DNA from: Squalus acanthias
Lineage: Eukaryota
Assembly: GCA_030390025.1 (NCBI GenBank)
Contig: CM059432.1
Coordinates: forward strand, 116,190,001 to 116,254,000
Direction of reading: 5' to 3'
Length of the DNA: 64,000 nucleotides
The notes beneath the pieces were generated by a model. The model did no database searches. It was not told the DNA's origin and was given only the letters and a program-made list of their open reading frames with translations. The position numbers and the translations under genes are program-made. How positions within the stretch are numbered: position 1 is the stretch's first letter; each line of letters begins with the position of its first letter. Below are positions 1 to 12,894 of the stretch, in pieces.

Positions 1-1059
1 AATGAATAACACATAGGCCTGGATCTTCTGCTTAGCCATCACTCTGTTGGAAGTGAGACGTGCCAGAAGAATGCGCCTTACATCCTGGACGATTTTCTGG
101 CCCGAGGGTCATTTACATAATTTGGCGGGGCTACCTGGCGTGCACCAGGGAGTCCACCTGAATTGGGGGTGGTGTGGGAGCGGAGTTTGGCAGCATAGCC
201 CCCAGTTTAAATGAAATAGATATTAACATTTTTGAAAGTGATGCCTCGTGCTCGGGGGGGCCCCTTCACTGCCTACAGCACTGCTGTACGTCAGGGATGA
301 ACAGATATCCCTTGTACACATATGGATGGATATATTCTATACCATACCTCACTTCTGCTGGGACATGGTGGGGACAAGCAGGGAGTCAGCAGATCGGATC
401 TGGCTGCATTTTCCACTGCATTCGGCTGGAGTCCTGTCGGGTATAATTCTTGGAGCAGATGGGATTGTTTCTGGCTGACATTGGATGGTAGAGCAGTGAT
501 TGATGGTCAGTGCTCTCTATGATATTGAAGTCCGAGGGGAAATATTGTGAGACTCCTCTGTTAGTGTGAAGCCTGACTGATGGTGGGTGTAGGATGTAAA
601 ATACATTTTGCGACCCCAAGCAACTCAATGCCTGCCGTTATTTGTGACGTGTGATTTTTGAGAGGCATGATGAGGCCACATTACAGTTACAAGTAAGCTT
701 CATTTAAATCATATAATTACTAAAATTAGACCGCACATTGAATTTCATAACTTGCATTGAGGCTCCCCGACAGAGTGCACTTCACTATATAAAATAAGCA
801 GAATCCCGGGACCTGGCCTGCTCAAGTAAGCTCCTTCAAAAGATTTTTGCTTGAGTTTGCATTTACAGTAACACGTTGTTGCACATTGCTCCACGTGTTA
901 GTTGGCTTTGCTACATAGTCTGTATTTTTTTCAATTCCCCCCTATGCTTTCCTTTACTTTTCCCGGTTGCTGCTGCCATTGCAATATCACCATACAAAGT
1001 GTTGAGGATAAGAACTCACTTAAAGGTTCCATACTGCTGCATGATTTAGATGAGAAAAA

Positions 1060-1370
1060 ATACCCCTGAATTCTGTTTCTCTGACTCTGGCCTCGTGTGC
1101 ATCCCCCACTTCTTTCGCCCCACTATTGGCAGCTGCCAAGGCCATACGCTCTGGAATTCCCTCCCTAGACCTCCCCTCCTCTCTACATCTCTCCTTCCTT
1201 TAAGACCCTCCTTGAAACACACACCTCTTTAACCAAACTTTTGGTCACCTCTCCTAACATCTCCTACTTTGGCTTGGCATGCATTTTTGTGTAATTATGC
1301 TTTTGTGAAGTGTCTTGGGATGTTTATCGCTGTTAAAGTCGCTGCATAAATGCAAATTGTTGTTGTTGTT
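1060..1370 (+). mobile_element. L2 LINE 3' end remnant
   Basis: Degenerate L2 C-terminus (RPTIG..LWNSLPRPP..LKHTPL) and tail ataaatgcaaattgttgttgttgtt, homologous to the better copy at 37251-37817. Confidence 0.75.
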
Positions 1371-1593
1371 ATCTTCACTGCCTCCGCTTCACAAAACTGT
1401 CAGAGTTGTACCGTCTGCTGCACGATAACCTGCAGACAACATCTGTAATAGGGACGGCTATTTCTGTGGAAGGGTAGATTATCACAGCATAAAGTTTTCA
1501 TACTAATAAATCCTTTCAGAACATTTCAGAGCACGTTTGTTACATCAGGCAGCCTTCAGTGCACGTATGTATTAAGCAAATGATAAACATTAT

Positions 1594-1702
1594 GGCCCTA
1601 AGATTTTGTGGGGGTTCTGTCGGTAACTTCAGAATGGTTTATGCCATTCTCCAGCCCAAGTTACGGTGGGAGACGCTGGTAGCCTGGTTTAATTTTAGGG
1701 CC
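1594..1702. mobile_element. 109-bp Harbinger-type micro-MITE
   Basis: TIRs ggccctaagatt / aattttagggcc (1 mismatch), flanked by a TAT duplication at 1591-1593 and 1703-1705. Confidence 0.6.
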
Positions 1703-2289
1703 TATCTTTGCAAGGGGGAACTTTTTCATCACTTTACCTTTGGAAAAGAGGCATTAGCTAGACAGGGTGCAGAGCTTTCACCAGTTGGCAGGATTCCCTT
1801 GAGTGCAAGGTATTGAAGATAACAACCATGTGGGCATCAGGCTCTTCATATTAACCCCACGACCTATATGAACAGAAAGGGTTTGCGCTTAATTAATCTT
1901 CAGGTGGGATCTAATCATAAAAACATTATGCACATTATCCAGGAAGCAGCCGTAATGCCTTCATTCTGCAGCAGTTCAAAGTGTTTCTTTTGTTGAGGGA
2001 GAGGAAACATGGCTCTTAGGAGGCCAGGGCTAACCTATGCATCCATAGCTGCTGCCTGTACTGAGCAACCCCCCAGCAGCAGAGCACCATCTTACCCTGG
2101 AAACCTGAGCATCTATTTACTCTTCCTCGCTTGCCACCTTCACCCACAAGAAAACTGTAGGACATATGTGTGAAGAGGGTAATGGTTGTGTACAATATTT
2201 TGAATGGTACCTCCCAGAGGTTGCAATATTTCACAACTTAGGTTTTATACTATGGTTGCTGTCCCCCAAGGAATAGGTACAAAAGCGAG

Positions 2290-2580
2290 GAGAATACTTT
2301 CCTTCATTTTCTTCCTAATACCTGCGAACATTTTGCTAATTTGCAGCCAGATATACGATTCAGAGGAGCTTGCTGACCATATGGACTTAGTCAGTGACCT
2401 CCCGCCATGCAGGTTCCACCTTGCTTTTACTGGAGGGTGGGCTTCAGTGCCAAAACGAACCACCCTCCTTTGGGTGCACTGCTTGCAGTAGGATTTCCAA
2501 CTCTTCAGCATCAATGATAGCAGTGTTTCCCGCATGTCTCTGCCATGTGAACAACTCATCCACTTTTCCGCCACCACCAT
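2290..2580 (-). pseudogene. Possible ancient Myb/SANT-like (Harbinger DNA-binding gene) remnant
   Basis: Frameshifted peptides EELEILLQAV, AWREV and IWLQISKMFAGIRKKMKE resemble the three helices of the Myb exon at 22811-23050. Confidence 0.35.
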
Positions 2581-4015
2581 AGCTTTCCCTTTAATGGCAA
2601 GTTACAGCCCTTTTAAGACCTGTTGCCTCGCTGAATTTTATGGTCTCGAACCAAGTATACCGAGCTCGCGTGTGCCGGTAGCTTATTCAAACTCAGAGAA
2701 AGGACTCTCATTCAGTGTGGTCTGCCCTCTAAGCTGTTAACATAGATGAGCCTGCACCATGAGCCAACTCACCCCCTTTTGAGCAAAATCATCACTGAAG
2801 CATTAATCATTGTGTTTTAGTCACTGCAAGTTCATTGGTAATAAACCAGTGATTGCCAGAAAATCAAATGGATACTCTAGTTTTGCATGAGGAATGTCAA
2901 ACTTTAAAACAGATGAGTTTTTTCCTTACAATCTGGCAACCCTCAATATTCTTGTTCTATATTCCTCAATAATGGAATGGGGGTACAGAAAAGAGGCCTA
3001 CGTGACACTTGCGAAAGAACTTGTGGGCTCCCACAATTTATGAGCGTGAGGTAAGGAAAAACATTTGTATACTATAAAGTGTGCACAAATCTCCTATGAA
3101 CCCAAAGCCTCAATACTGCTGAGGAGGTGCCATACATCATTTTAAAGTGCTTAGATCTGAAAAGAACCTGAGGCCAAGATCCATCACCTGCACTGATAAC
3201 ATCCAAACTGTCAGCCCATTTGTCAATACAATGCTAGCTCAATTACCTAACTTTCATCAATTTTCACCCATTCAAAATATTTCTTATGGCTTCACTCATT
3301 TCTGAATGAGATAGTTCCTTTTCAACGCATATGAACTAATTTTACAAAACACATCTCAAGTAAGAAAAAGTGTCTACTTATCCAACCTACTAGATAGATA
3401 GTGGATGAAATGGTTTGTCTCTTTTGATTTATTGACCTGAGAAAGCTGATACTTTCCTTTCTCATCTTCATGCAGCCCTTCTTTTGTAACCCAAAGCCTT
3501 GCATTGATGCATATCATAAAGAAACAGCGGTTATAATGAAAATATCATTACTTCAACCCCACATTGCATGCATAGTGTGATGGTACGCTGCAAAATGATT
3601 GAAATACCTGCACGTCTACCCTTGCATTGACATTTAAAGTTGTGGCCATATGTGCATTGTTAATAATTCAAGACATTAAGCATGGTACAGTGGTGATGTG
3701 GGGTGGAGCCTCACAGGGTGCTGAGATGCAGAGTTGATCCTACTTTCTTTCTCATATTAACCCCGGGAGTGAATTCATTGCCACAAAGCATGGGTCTCTT
3801 CACAACACGCTGACTCTTCTTTTTCAAACAGATTCCACGTAAAACATGAACACATGTGGTTGCTGTTAAGAATGCACACAACAAATTAATTCATCAGGGA
3901 CAAATCTGGAGAATGAACTATGCTACCACTGTTTCTGCAGCCAGTGCATAATTTACTTTTGTCATGGACTCTACCCAGCTTGCTTAATGCCCTCAGAGTC
4001 CAATCACGTGCATAT

Positions 4016-4481
4016 AAAAGAAAAAAGACAGAGACTTGCAGTTATAGAACGCCTTTCACGAGCACCAGATGTCCCAAAGTGCTTTACAGCCAGTGAAGTA
4101 CTTTTGAAGTGTAGTAACTGTAGTAATGTGGCAGCCAATTTGCGCACAGCAAGCTCCCACAAAAGCAATGTGATAATGACCAGATAATCTGTTTTTTAGT
4201 GATGTTGATTGAGGGATAAATATTGGCCAGGACACCAGGGATAGCTCCCCTGCTCTTCTTTGAAATAGTACCATGGGGTCTTTTACACCCTCCTGAGAAA
4301 GCAGACGGGGCCTCGGTTTAACGTCTCATCCGAAACACGGCACCTCCGACAGTGCAGCACTCCCTCAGTACTGCACTGGAGTGTCAGCCTAGATTTTTGT
4401 GCTCAAATCTCTGGAGTGGGACTTAAACCCACAACCTTCTGACTCAGAGGTGAGGGTGCTACCAATTGAGCCACAGCTGAC
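4016..4481 (-). mobile_element. tRNA-derived Deu-domain SINE (SacSINE1/DeuSINE-like)
   Basis: On minus strand: tRNA-like head with B-box-like gggtttaagtccc, central cccatgg.actatttc/ccctcaatcaacatcac core, L2-like tail; near-identical to four other copies in the window. Confidence 0.85.
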
Positions 4482-4511
4482 TTATAGCAAGATAATGTTG
4501 TGTAAAATGTT

Positions 4512-4703
4512 CATGATGCGGAGATGCCGGTGTTGGACTGGGGTGGACAAAATTGAGAGGTCGCACAACACCAGGTTATAGTCCAACAGTTTTATTTGAA
4601 ATCACAAGCTTCACCTGAGGAAGGAGCAATCGATAGCTCCGAAAGCTTGTGATTTCAAATAAAACTGTTGGACTATAACCTGGTGTTGTGCGACCTCTCA
4701 ATT
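4512..4703. mobile_element. Foldback mini Penelope-like insertion (inverted pLTR pair)
   Basis: Perfect 65-bp inverted arms 4547-4611 and 4643-4707; 14-bp TSD ttgtgtaaaatgtt at 4498-4511 and 4704-4717; same repeat follows a GIY-YIG C-terminus at 11364-11855. Confidence 0.8.
4611..4652 (+). ncRNA. Minimal type I hammerhead ribozyme motif (Penelope pLTR)
   Basis: tcac-CTGAGGA-aGGAGC aatcgata GCTCC-GAAA-gCTT-gtga: conserved core, stem II, stem I tcac/gtga, palindromic AAGCTT stem III. Confidence 0.7.
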
Positions 4704-5879
4704 TTGTGTAAAATGTTGCCATAACCACCACCCCCAAGGTACTTTTGCAAAAGTCCAGGCTAGCACCCCACCCTACATTATCCAACTCTGGCCAGTCACA
4801 CTGCACAGCTGACTCTTCCATGGTTCCAGCACCACAGAAACCACTTGAACATCCACGCCAATAGTTATCCTCATAGTTCATTCTTAACCAGACACCTTTC
4901 CAGTTCTTTTTATTGATGGTGCTAATCAAACTAGGATGAATTACTTTTGCTGGGAGTCTCTTTGAGAACATATACTCTGAGAATGTTAAGATTCATGTTA
5001 TGGAAGTCCTAGTGGATGTTTTCCTAATCTGATAAAAGTGACCAGCATTCTCACAAAAACAAAATGATCATAAATGAAATTAATTAATTTGATCTCAAGA
5101 GAGTCTGCCTCTAATTAAACCCTACAAGCACATATGTTACGCAGATAACTCCATTAAAACTGCCAATCACAGATTATTAGACTTCCTAGAAATCTGAAAA
5201 TTGATAACATTTCCAAAGGATTTCCAATGACACTGCAATTGTTTCCAGTGACTGAAAGTTCCAAGAGGATCCGGAGGATTACAGCAATCACTCCAGGCAA
5301 AATAATAGGTTATTATGTATTCAGTGTCAGTTTATGTTCTGCTGCGCTGCACTTATCTTTCAGTTACTAAATGCACTACAACTTTAAAGGAGACTTGGTT
5401 ACGTCCTTTGGTTCAAATTGAAGGTTTTGTCAATACCCAGTTGAAAGTGCAGTAATCTGATCTGATACAGGTACAGCTGGAAAGAAAGGTAGAAATGCTA
5501 CAGCACATTGACACAGGTCTCCACAGCACTTTCAGTTCAACATCTCCATGGTCAAGTAGTTCAAATTGAATCTGACACTTCTATTTTGTGAACTCACCAG
5601 TCTCTAGTATTCTTACTATCAGATCATTGTTACATTTATTCCGATACTGTATTATTTAGCAATTCTTCAACTTAGAAGCAATTCCATCAGGCTAGATTGA
5701 AAATCTTGAGGCCAAGAGGCCATACCAAGGGTTCTGTGTAAGACCTCTATAACTGACATGTTTTAGGAATTTGCTGATAATGAAATGCGCAGATAAAAAT
5801 TGTTGTCCTATGCAGCTCAGAAAGTATTAATTATTGGACTGAAGTGAACCCACAGACCTCTCCAGGCACCTAAACTGTT

Positions 5880-7080
5880 GCTACAGGAGTCCAATTGTAC
5901 GCACAGTGAAGATCCAGGTGCTCCCACAGCTCTGGTTGTACCTCATCTCTGTGGGCATGCTGGGGATACGGAGGGATGTCTTAAGCCACATGTAGAGAGG
6001 GGTAGCCTTGGCCCCAGCAGCCATCCTCTAACATTCCATGACGGGTGGAATAGTGGGGGGACTGGCTGACTGGCATAGAATGAAGCAATCGTGAAAGCTG
6101 CCTGGAAACCTGGCACAGATCTACATTATTCTGTGGCAATGATCACTGACCAGCTGCACATTGATAGAATGAAACCCTTTCCTGTTAAATGCTCCTGACT
6201 CATTTTCTAATGCCTCATGGCTACATGCGTACAGTCTATGATGCCCTGCACACAAGGGAAGCCAGTTATTGCAGCATATCCCAGAGCCCTTTCATTATAA
6301 CTGCTGAGAAATTAAAGTAGTTGTTAAGGAAAGGAAAACTTGCATTTATATAGCGCCTTACACAACCACCGGACGCCCCAAAGCGCTTTACAGCCAATGT
6401 AGTACTTTTTGAAGTGTAGTCACTGCTGTAATGTAGGAAACGCAGCAACCAATTTGCACACAGCAAGCTCCCACAACAGCAATGTGATAATGACCAGATA
6501 ATCTGTTTTAGTGATGTTGATTGAGGGATAAATATTGGCTAGGACACCAGGTATAACTCCCCTGCTCTTCTTTGAAATAGTGCCATGGGATCTTTTACGT
6601 CCACCTGAGAGAGCAGACGGGGCCTCGGTTTAATGTCTCATCTGAAAGACGGCACCTCCGACAGTGCAGCACTCCCTCAGTACTGCACTGGAGTGCCAGC
6701 CTAGAGTTTTGTGCTCAAGTCTCTGGAGTGGGACTTGAACCCACAACCTTCTGACTCAGAGGTGAGGGTGCTACCAACTGAGCCACTGGTTGGCCCCGGC
6801 AGAAAGGACATTGGTGCCCTGTTTGATATATTTATGGACTGCAGGTTCAAAGATGCAAGAAATTAACTCTTTGGTACCCTGGAAAGTGTCTGAGGCAAAA
6901 AACCTAAGGGGTGCTGTGGTGCCTTTCACTACCACTGACAAAGCATGGCCACCTGGCCCAGCAGGCAGTAGGTGTTCTTCTAGGAGGCTGCAGAAGTGTC
7001 TGGATACCATTCTGGAGAAGTGCAGCCACATCATGCATTCCTCCTCAGACAAATCCAGTTAACTCATTCTAGGCTGTACA
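5880..7080 (-). pseudogene. Degenerate Harbinger transposase, interrupted by a SINE
   Basis: 6790-7052 translates MSEEEC..GPGGHALSVVVKGTT..FFASDTFQG; about 6070-6275 gives GFPCVQGIIDCTHVA..NRKGFHSINVQLV..ARFPGSFHD; colinear with the transposase at 19785-20870. Confidence 0.85.
6326..6789 (-). mobile_element. tRNA-derived Deu-domain SINE
   Basis: Full-length copy of the family at 4016-4481; splits the fossil transposase. Confidence 0.85.
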
Positions 7081-7498
7081 CCCTATGGGCTGGGAGAAGC
7101 CATCTTTGAGCAGCCCCCTTATTGATTCCGAACAGGCCCAACTGCTGCTGCTCTTCATGTAACCAAATTAAAGTTTCAAGAATGGCACCCACCCTAACCG
7201 GTGTGCTTATTGAGGGTGTGGAAGCAGGATAAATATAGAAAAAAGCAGTCTCCAAGGCAAACTCTCCTGTGGAAATCCCCCACAAAATGCAATAGGAAAC
7301 AGATATCGATGATCTGAATGTTTGCAGGTAGGCGCCCCTTTTAAATACTGCCTCCAATGACCATTTGGAAAACAATCCTGCTAGGTTTTGCTCAGCGGAT
7401 TTGGTGCTGGGCAGGACCTCTGTTTTCGCATTTTAAAATTGCATCAGGGTCCTAAGGATTCCACCGGCTTCTGGTGGGCACCTTAGATGCCTAAAATG

Positions 7499-7956
7499 AA
7501 ATGGGCGGGTTGTCTTATGAGGAAAGGTTGGACAGGCTAGGCTTGTATCCGCTGGAGTTTAGAAGAGTAAGAGGTGACTTGATTGAAACATATAAGATCC
7601 TGGGGGGTCTGGACAGGGTGGATGTGGAGAGGATGTTTCCTCTTGTGGGAGAATCTAGAACTAGGGGTCACTGTTTAAAAATAAGGGGTCGCCCATTTAA
7701 GAAAGAGATGAGGAGAAATTTTTTCTCACAGAGGATCGTGAGTCTTTGGAACTCTCTTCCTCGGAGGGCAGTGGAAGCAGAGTCTTTGAATATTTTGAAG
7801 GCAGAGGTAGATAGATTCTTGGTAAGCAAGGGGGTGAAAAGTTATCGGGGGTAGGCAGGAATGTGGAGTAATCGGATCAGCCATGATCTTATTGAATGGC
7901 GGAGCATGCTCGAAGGGCCGAGTGGCCTACTCCTGCTCCTAATTCGTATGTTCGTA
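7499..7956 (+). mobile_element. CR1 LINE, 5'-truncated 3' end
   Basis: ORF 7501-7854 (YEERLDRLGLYPLEFRR..RNFFSQRIVSLWNSLP) is the CR1 ORF2 C-terminus; followed by CR1 3'UTR and tcgtatgttcgta tail. Confidence 0.9.
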
Positions 7957-8661
7957 GAAGAACTGTACGGTTAAGATGGCAGCGGGTGGGAATCAAGTAG
8001 GAATGGGGCGGTGCCGTTTTAACTCTGCTACAGCGCCGTTCCCACTGGGGGAGTTAAAATCACCTCTTCAGTGTCAGAAAAATGTACTTTAAACAACAGT
8101 GAAAGTTTTAACACCAGCTTATGTCTGCATTCATTCTGCGATTGATGAGTGCACTGAATCAGCACGGTACGCTACAGAACTATGGATCCTTCACCAAAAG
8201 AGACGGGATAAATCTGAGCTTCAGCTCTCTCATTACTGACAACCGTTTGTGCTCCGTCAAATCTTTATTATGAAATTGAGAACTGACTCTTTCTTTGATG
8301 TGCCTGACCTCTAATTCAGAAGTCTGGTTCAGATAATGCAGACAGTGGTAGGTGAATGTTTTTTGATCTCTCTCTTCAGTTAGACCCTGAAAACTAATAA
8401 ATTTTAAAATACTGAGTGAAATGTCTAAAGAGTCAATGCAACATATTCTTGGTGTTCAATAATATGTTGCATTGAGGCACTGAATACCCCAAATGTTCAG
8501 TGAGTTACCGCTGTGAAGCTATGTTAGCAGGGTCATGAGTGGAATATTTATAGTATTCAACATCTTTCTGATATATATTTTATTTATAACATAAAAGTCT
8601 TGGAACTTTGTGTACTTCTAACAATAAATATGACCATTGCTGGTGCAGCTACTCACTAATA

Positions 8662-9219
8662 CAAAAGCAAAATACTGCGGATGCTGGAAATCTGAAACAA
8701 CAACAGAAAATGCTGGAAACACTCAGCAGGTCAGGCAGCATCCATCGAGAGAGAAACAGAGTTAACGTTTCAGGTCGAGGACCCTTCATCAGAACTGGAA
8801 AAGGTTGGAGAAGTAACAGATTTTTAAGCAAGTGTAGGGGCAGGGAAAGGTGGGAGGGGAGGAAAGAACAAAAGGGAAGGTCTGTGATAGGGTGGAAGGC
8901 AGGAGAGATTAAGAGACAAAAGGGATGATGGTGCAAGGCAAAAGGAGATGGTAATGGGACAAGTTAAGAAACAAAAGATGACTCTAGATGGAGGTGTAAA
9001 TGGCAATGGCAGGAAATCAACAGCTGCCATGTGAGAGAGAAAAGAAAACATGGCGGCCGAGGTATGGTCTGAAATTGTTGAACTCGATGTTGAGTCCAGA
9101 AGGCTGTAAAGTGCCTAATCGAAAGATGAGGTGCTGTTCCTCGAGCTTACGTTAACTCTGTTTCTCTCTCCACGATGCTGCCTGACCTGCTGAGTGTTTC
9201 CAGCAGTTTCTGTTGTTGC
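8662..9219 (-). mobile_element. Penelope-like retroelement 3' fragment (family 2) with inverted partial pLTR
   Basis: Minus strand about 9062-9151 encodes RKLEEQHLIFRLGTLQPSGLNIEF (PLE GIY-YIG C-terminus); pLTR at 8662-8800 with inverted copy at about 9149-9218; TSD-like actcactaata (8651-8661) / actcaccaata (9220-9230). Confidence 0.8.
8760..8796 (-). ncRNA. Minimal hammerhead ribozyme motif
   Basis: agtt-CTGATGA-agGGTC ctc GACC-t-GAAA-cGTT-aact; stem I agtt/aact, palindromic AACGTT stem III. Confidence 0.7.
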
Positions 9220-9364
9220 ACTCACCAATAGAGGTGGAGTGATATCCAACGCTCTCTCTCCAGTGATCTACTCAAATATATCCGATGGGTGCATCCTTTA
9301 AAAGCATGATATTCATATCATATGTGGTATAAACAGTATCACAGACTACAAGTTCAAAGCCTTT

Positions 9365-11012
9365 GGCCACAAATTTAGTAGTGCTCAGGGGGCGGGATTG
9401 GAGGCGGGTCCGCTGACAAAATAGCAAAGATTGACAATGGGTAGGACACCCGCTGGCAACCCGCCTCCACGCGAGGCTCCCAGGTGTTGGGTCTGTCAGC
9501 GGAGAACTGACCCGACACCAAGCGGCGGGGGAAACAATTCAGCTTGTTAAATGGCTTGTTAAGAGCCAATTTAAGACTATTTTGAGGCTTACTTCTAATT
9601 TTACGTTCTCCCCCACGGGTTACCCGCTGTTTGAGGAACACAGCAGCTCAACCTCGCGTGTTTTGAGTCTGCTCTGAGGTTTGTGAAAAGCTGACAGCTG
9701 CAGAAGTGGTGTCAATGATGCCATGTTGCAGAAAATGTTGGTTACTGCATTTTTTATACATATAGAGATCTCGTTAGCTTACAAGTTTTTAGATCCAACT
9801 GTATGTCCAGTGCCACCTCATTGGGAGAACCTCTCTCACCATTGACAGATTGCTTCTGTCATCTCACCTGCAGCTGCCATCTATTCCAGCAACATCGGAG
9901 CCAATGAAACAATCAGACCGTGGTCCTCCGAATCCTTCCACGATTAGATTCCCCAACAGCAACATCACCAGGCACACCAACATCACCAACCTTCTCCGCC
10001 ATCACTTGATGCTGCACTGGACACAGGGCATCAGCTCCTGACAACATTGCTGCCCAGGAGGCCAGCAATGGCATCACCATGGCCAGATTTTCTTCACTTG
10101 ATGCTGTAAACCCTGGCTGCCACATGATGCGCCAGGTTGTCACCATCCCACTCCAGCACCGTGAAGCATCCCTTCAATGTCCAAGCCATTCCATGCACAC
10201 ACATCACTATAGTGGGGGGTGGGGGGGCGCACTTCTCAAGCTGCGCTCAGATCTGTCCAATAAGGGGCACTTTTGGAAAAATGGATTTCACTGTATGACA
10301 ACACATTACCAGAAACTTCACATGGACATTGGCTAAACCTCTCGATTGCCTACCCTTGTGTGTTGTTAGTTGGTATCCTTGCAATAGGATGAGGGTGAGT
10401 GTGAGGGTTGGCTAGTGAGATGGGGAAGTGATAAAAAGTAGATAGAGAGGGTTGGGTGGAGTTGCAAGGTAAGTTGGTGTGAGTAAGGATGTGCAGGAGA
10501 AGGATATGGAAGGCAGAGTGATGGGGATGTGTTGAGTGGCACAGCAGGGTGAGTTTGAGTGTGGCTTTGCAGTAACGTTTCATGATCCACTGAGATCACT
10601 GCAGCCAGGGACCCCTGACGAGATCCCTGCTTTTGCCCTCTTGTGTGCAACCAGGCTGCGTTGGTGTCCTGGGGAGGTCTCTTCTGCCCTTGGAAGGGAA
10701 GAGAACCTCCCTGCATGCTGTTATTCCCTCCATAAGCATATGGAGGGAGTCATTGGAGAGCCTGGATGCAAGCGGTCACCTTTGTGCAGTGCTTGTCAGT
10801 GTCAATGCTGTCAAACACTGACAGAACAACTGTCAAACTCCATGTGGCCGTGGTCCCTTTAAGGAAACCGGCTGATGACGCATCATCAAATGACGTAATA
10901 AGGCCAATCAAGGGAAATCACGTCTACAGAGCGGATGCGGCTGGGAACAGGACCGGAACCCGGAAACCAGCTCTCCCGCCACCATCCCGCCTCCTCCATT
11001 AAATTTGCGGCC
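9365..11012. mobile_element. Non-autonomous Harbinger element with Myb exon-1 remnant
   Basis: TIRs ggccacaaattta / taaatttgcggcc, TTT duplication on both sides; minus strand near 10690-10765 reads SRLSNDSLHMLMEGITACREVLFPSKGR. Confidence 0.8.
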
Positions 11013-11363
11013 TTTGTGTCAGGAACATATAAGAAACAAAAACAAAATCATGAACTTAACTAAATGTCAGCAGTCAGCGATGAGTACTTTCAGATCCAAT
11101 TAGTTTCTGCATTTTACAGCAGGAGAGCCGATTGGAATATGCATAATGAGCATTCTTCACCAGTAAAGTGGAAAATTCACTGCTTTGTCCTTTTAGCCAC
11201 ATCACTCAGTATTTTAAAATGTATTTGTTTTCAGGGTCTAACCAACGCATCACTGTACTCTTTAATATACCCACAACTCTTTTGCTAGTGAAAAATAGAC
11301 AAAAACCTTGTGTAATTTCCTTGGATCTAATAAACATGTACCACCTCTGTCATACTGATTTGG

Positions 11364-11855
11364 ACAAAAATGAGAAGTCGCGCAACACCAGGTTATAGTC
11401 CAACAGATTTATTTAATTTTACAAGCTTTCGAAGCAGTTCGCTCCTTCGTCAGGTAAGTTAGCAATGAGAGAATCTCCCAGAATTCACAATTTAAACCCA
11501 GACAAAATCTATTCACATTATTCCCTACAACAAAGAGCATAGCCAAGACAATGAGATGTGTCCCAGGGGGTCCAACGTGTCAAACCACCTGCTGGCTGCA
11601 TATCCTGTCAATTTGTGTTCTTGTGTTAGACTTTTTTTTAAAAAAAAACACCTGGGAAGACCGGCCATGATGTCAAGTCACGTTCTGTATCGTGACATGA
11701 ACCCGATATCGCGATTGAGGCCATCCTCATGAGTGCGGAACTTGGCTATCAGTTTCTGCTCTATGATTTTGCGCTGTCGTGTATCTCGAAGGCCGCCTTG
11801 GAGAACGCTTACCCGCAGATCCGAGGCTGAATGCCCCTGGCTGCTGAAGTGTTCC
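11364..11855 (-). mobile_element. Penelope-like retroelement 3' fragment (family 1)
   Basis: Minus strand about 11677-11860 encodes VWEHFSSQGHSASDLRVSVLQGGLRDTRQRKIIEQKLIAKFRTHEDGLNRDIGF (GIY-YIG C-terminus); pLTR with hammerhead motif at 11419-11457; TSD-like catactgat(t/c)tgg at 11351-11363 and 11856-11868. Confidence 0.85.
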
Positions 11856-12894
11856 CATACTGATCTGGCTGTGACAGTGCTGGTGGTTGGCTTCCAATTT
11901 CCCCCTTAGATTTTCTGTTGCCAGCGTAAGTGTGATACAATCCAATTAAGGCTGAACAGTAGCTTATTTACAGTCAGTGCATTGAGTGTAAAGAGGCTTT
12001 GCCATAAGATTGCAGGGCTGCCTTGCTGGAACTCTGCAGGGAACGCCTTTGGAGTGGCTCATTATCCTGATTGGTACCTGCAGCATGCATTCAGAATGTC
12101 AGCCCCAGACAGACGACAGGTTGGACTTCCATTGGCCAGAGGATAATGTCAAGGCATCGCAGGGAAATGTTGCTTTTGGCAGTGATCTGAGAATGTGATG
12201 GTTATAGAAGGACAAAAGAGGATGACTGAAATTCAGTAAAGGAGCTTCCCTGAAAGGCCCACCAAGCTGACCATTTGAGGCAAAGGCTTTTCAAAAGTGA
12301 GAGAATTAGAAACGTTAATAGAGAGGCTGCAACTGAATTAAATGACTGGGATGACTGAAATCATCAGGCAAAAAGACATAACCTGACCGACCAAAAGAAA
12401 AGTTAAGCACAGGCAGTAAATTTGAGAAATGGAGCAGAAATGAAGGAAAGAATGTCAGGCAACAAAAAGATAAGAAGGCTGTAAAAAAAAAACTAGAAAT
12501 TACAGTTTGCTATATTAGTGCATGGGTGCTTGATGAGTTCTTACAACATTCCTTTATGTGCCATTTCAATGGAAGCTTTAACCCGTTTAAAATGAAGGGA
12601 TTAAATCTTTTGTTAAAACGGGGGACAAAGGAATGTCACATGAACGTGTTAAGCATTCAAATGCTAATGTAGCAAATGAATAATTTCTAGGTTTGAATCG
12701 TTTGAATGGAAACTATTGAAAAACAAAGGAACGAAGGACTAGAAATTATTCTTGTTAGGTTTAACGAAGTATTACAGCATTACAGCTACGTAATGTGAAG
12801 ATTTTGTGACAGAGTAAAGTTGGTCTGATTCATAACATAAATATTGATATTGTCGAAGGCTTTTTCCTACACCAGTGGAATATATTTTTTCACT

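Noticed and set aside
16..650. Possible old Harbinger MITE (ggcctggatctt start); similar weak cases at 40983-41299 and 54690-55660
   Set aside because: No convincing matching TIR and TSD pair could be established.
4016..4481. tRNA gene (also at the other SINE heads)
   Set aside because: tRNA-like heads are attached to a long repeated body and LINE tail, so these are SINEs.
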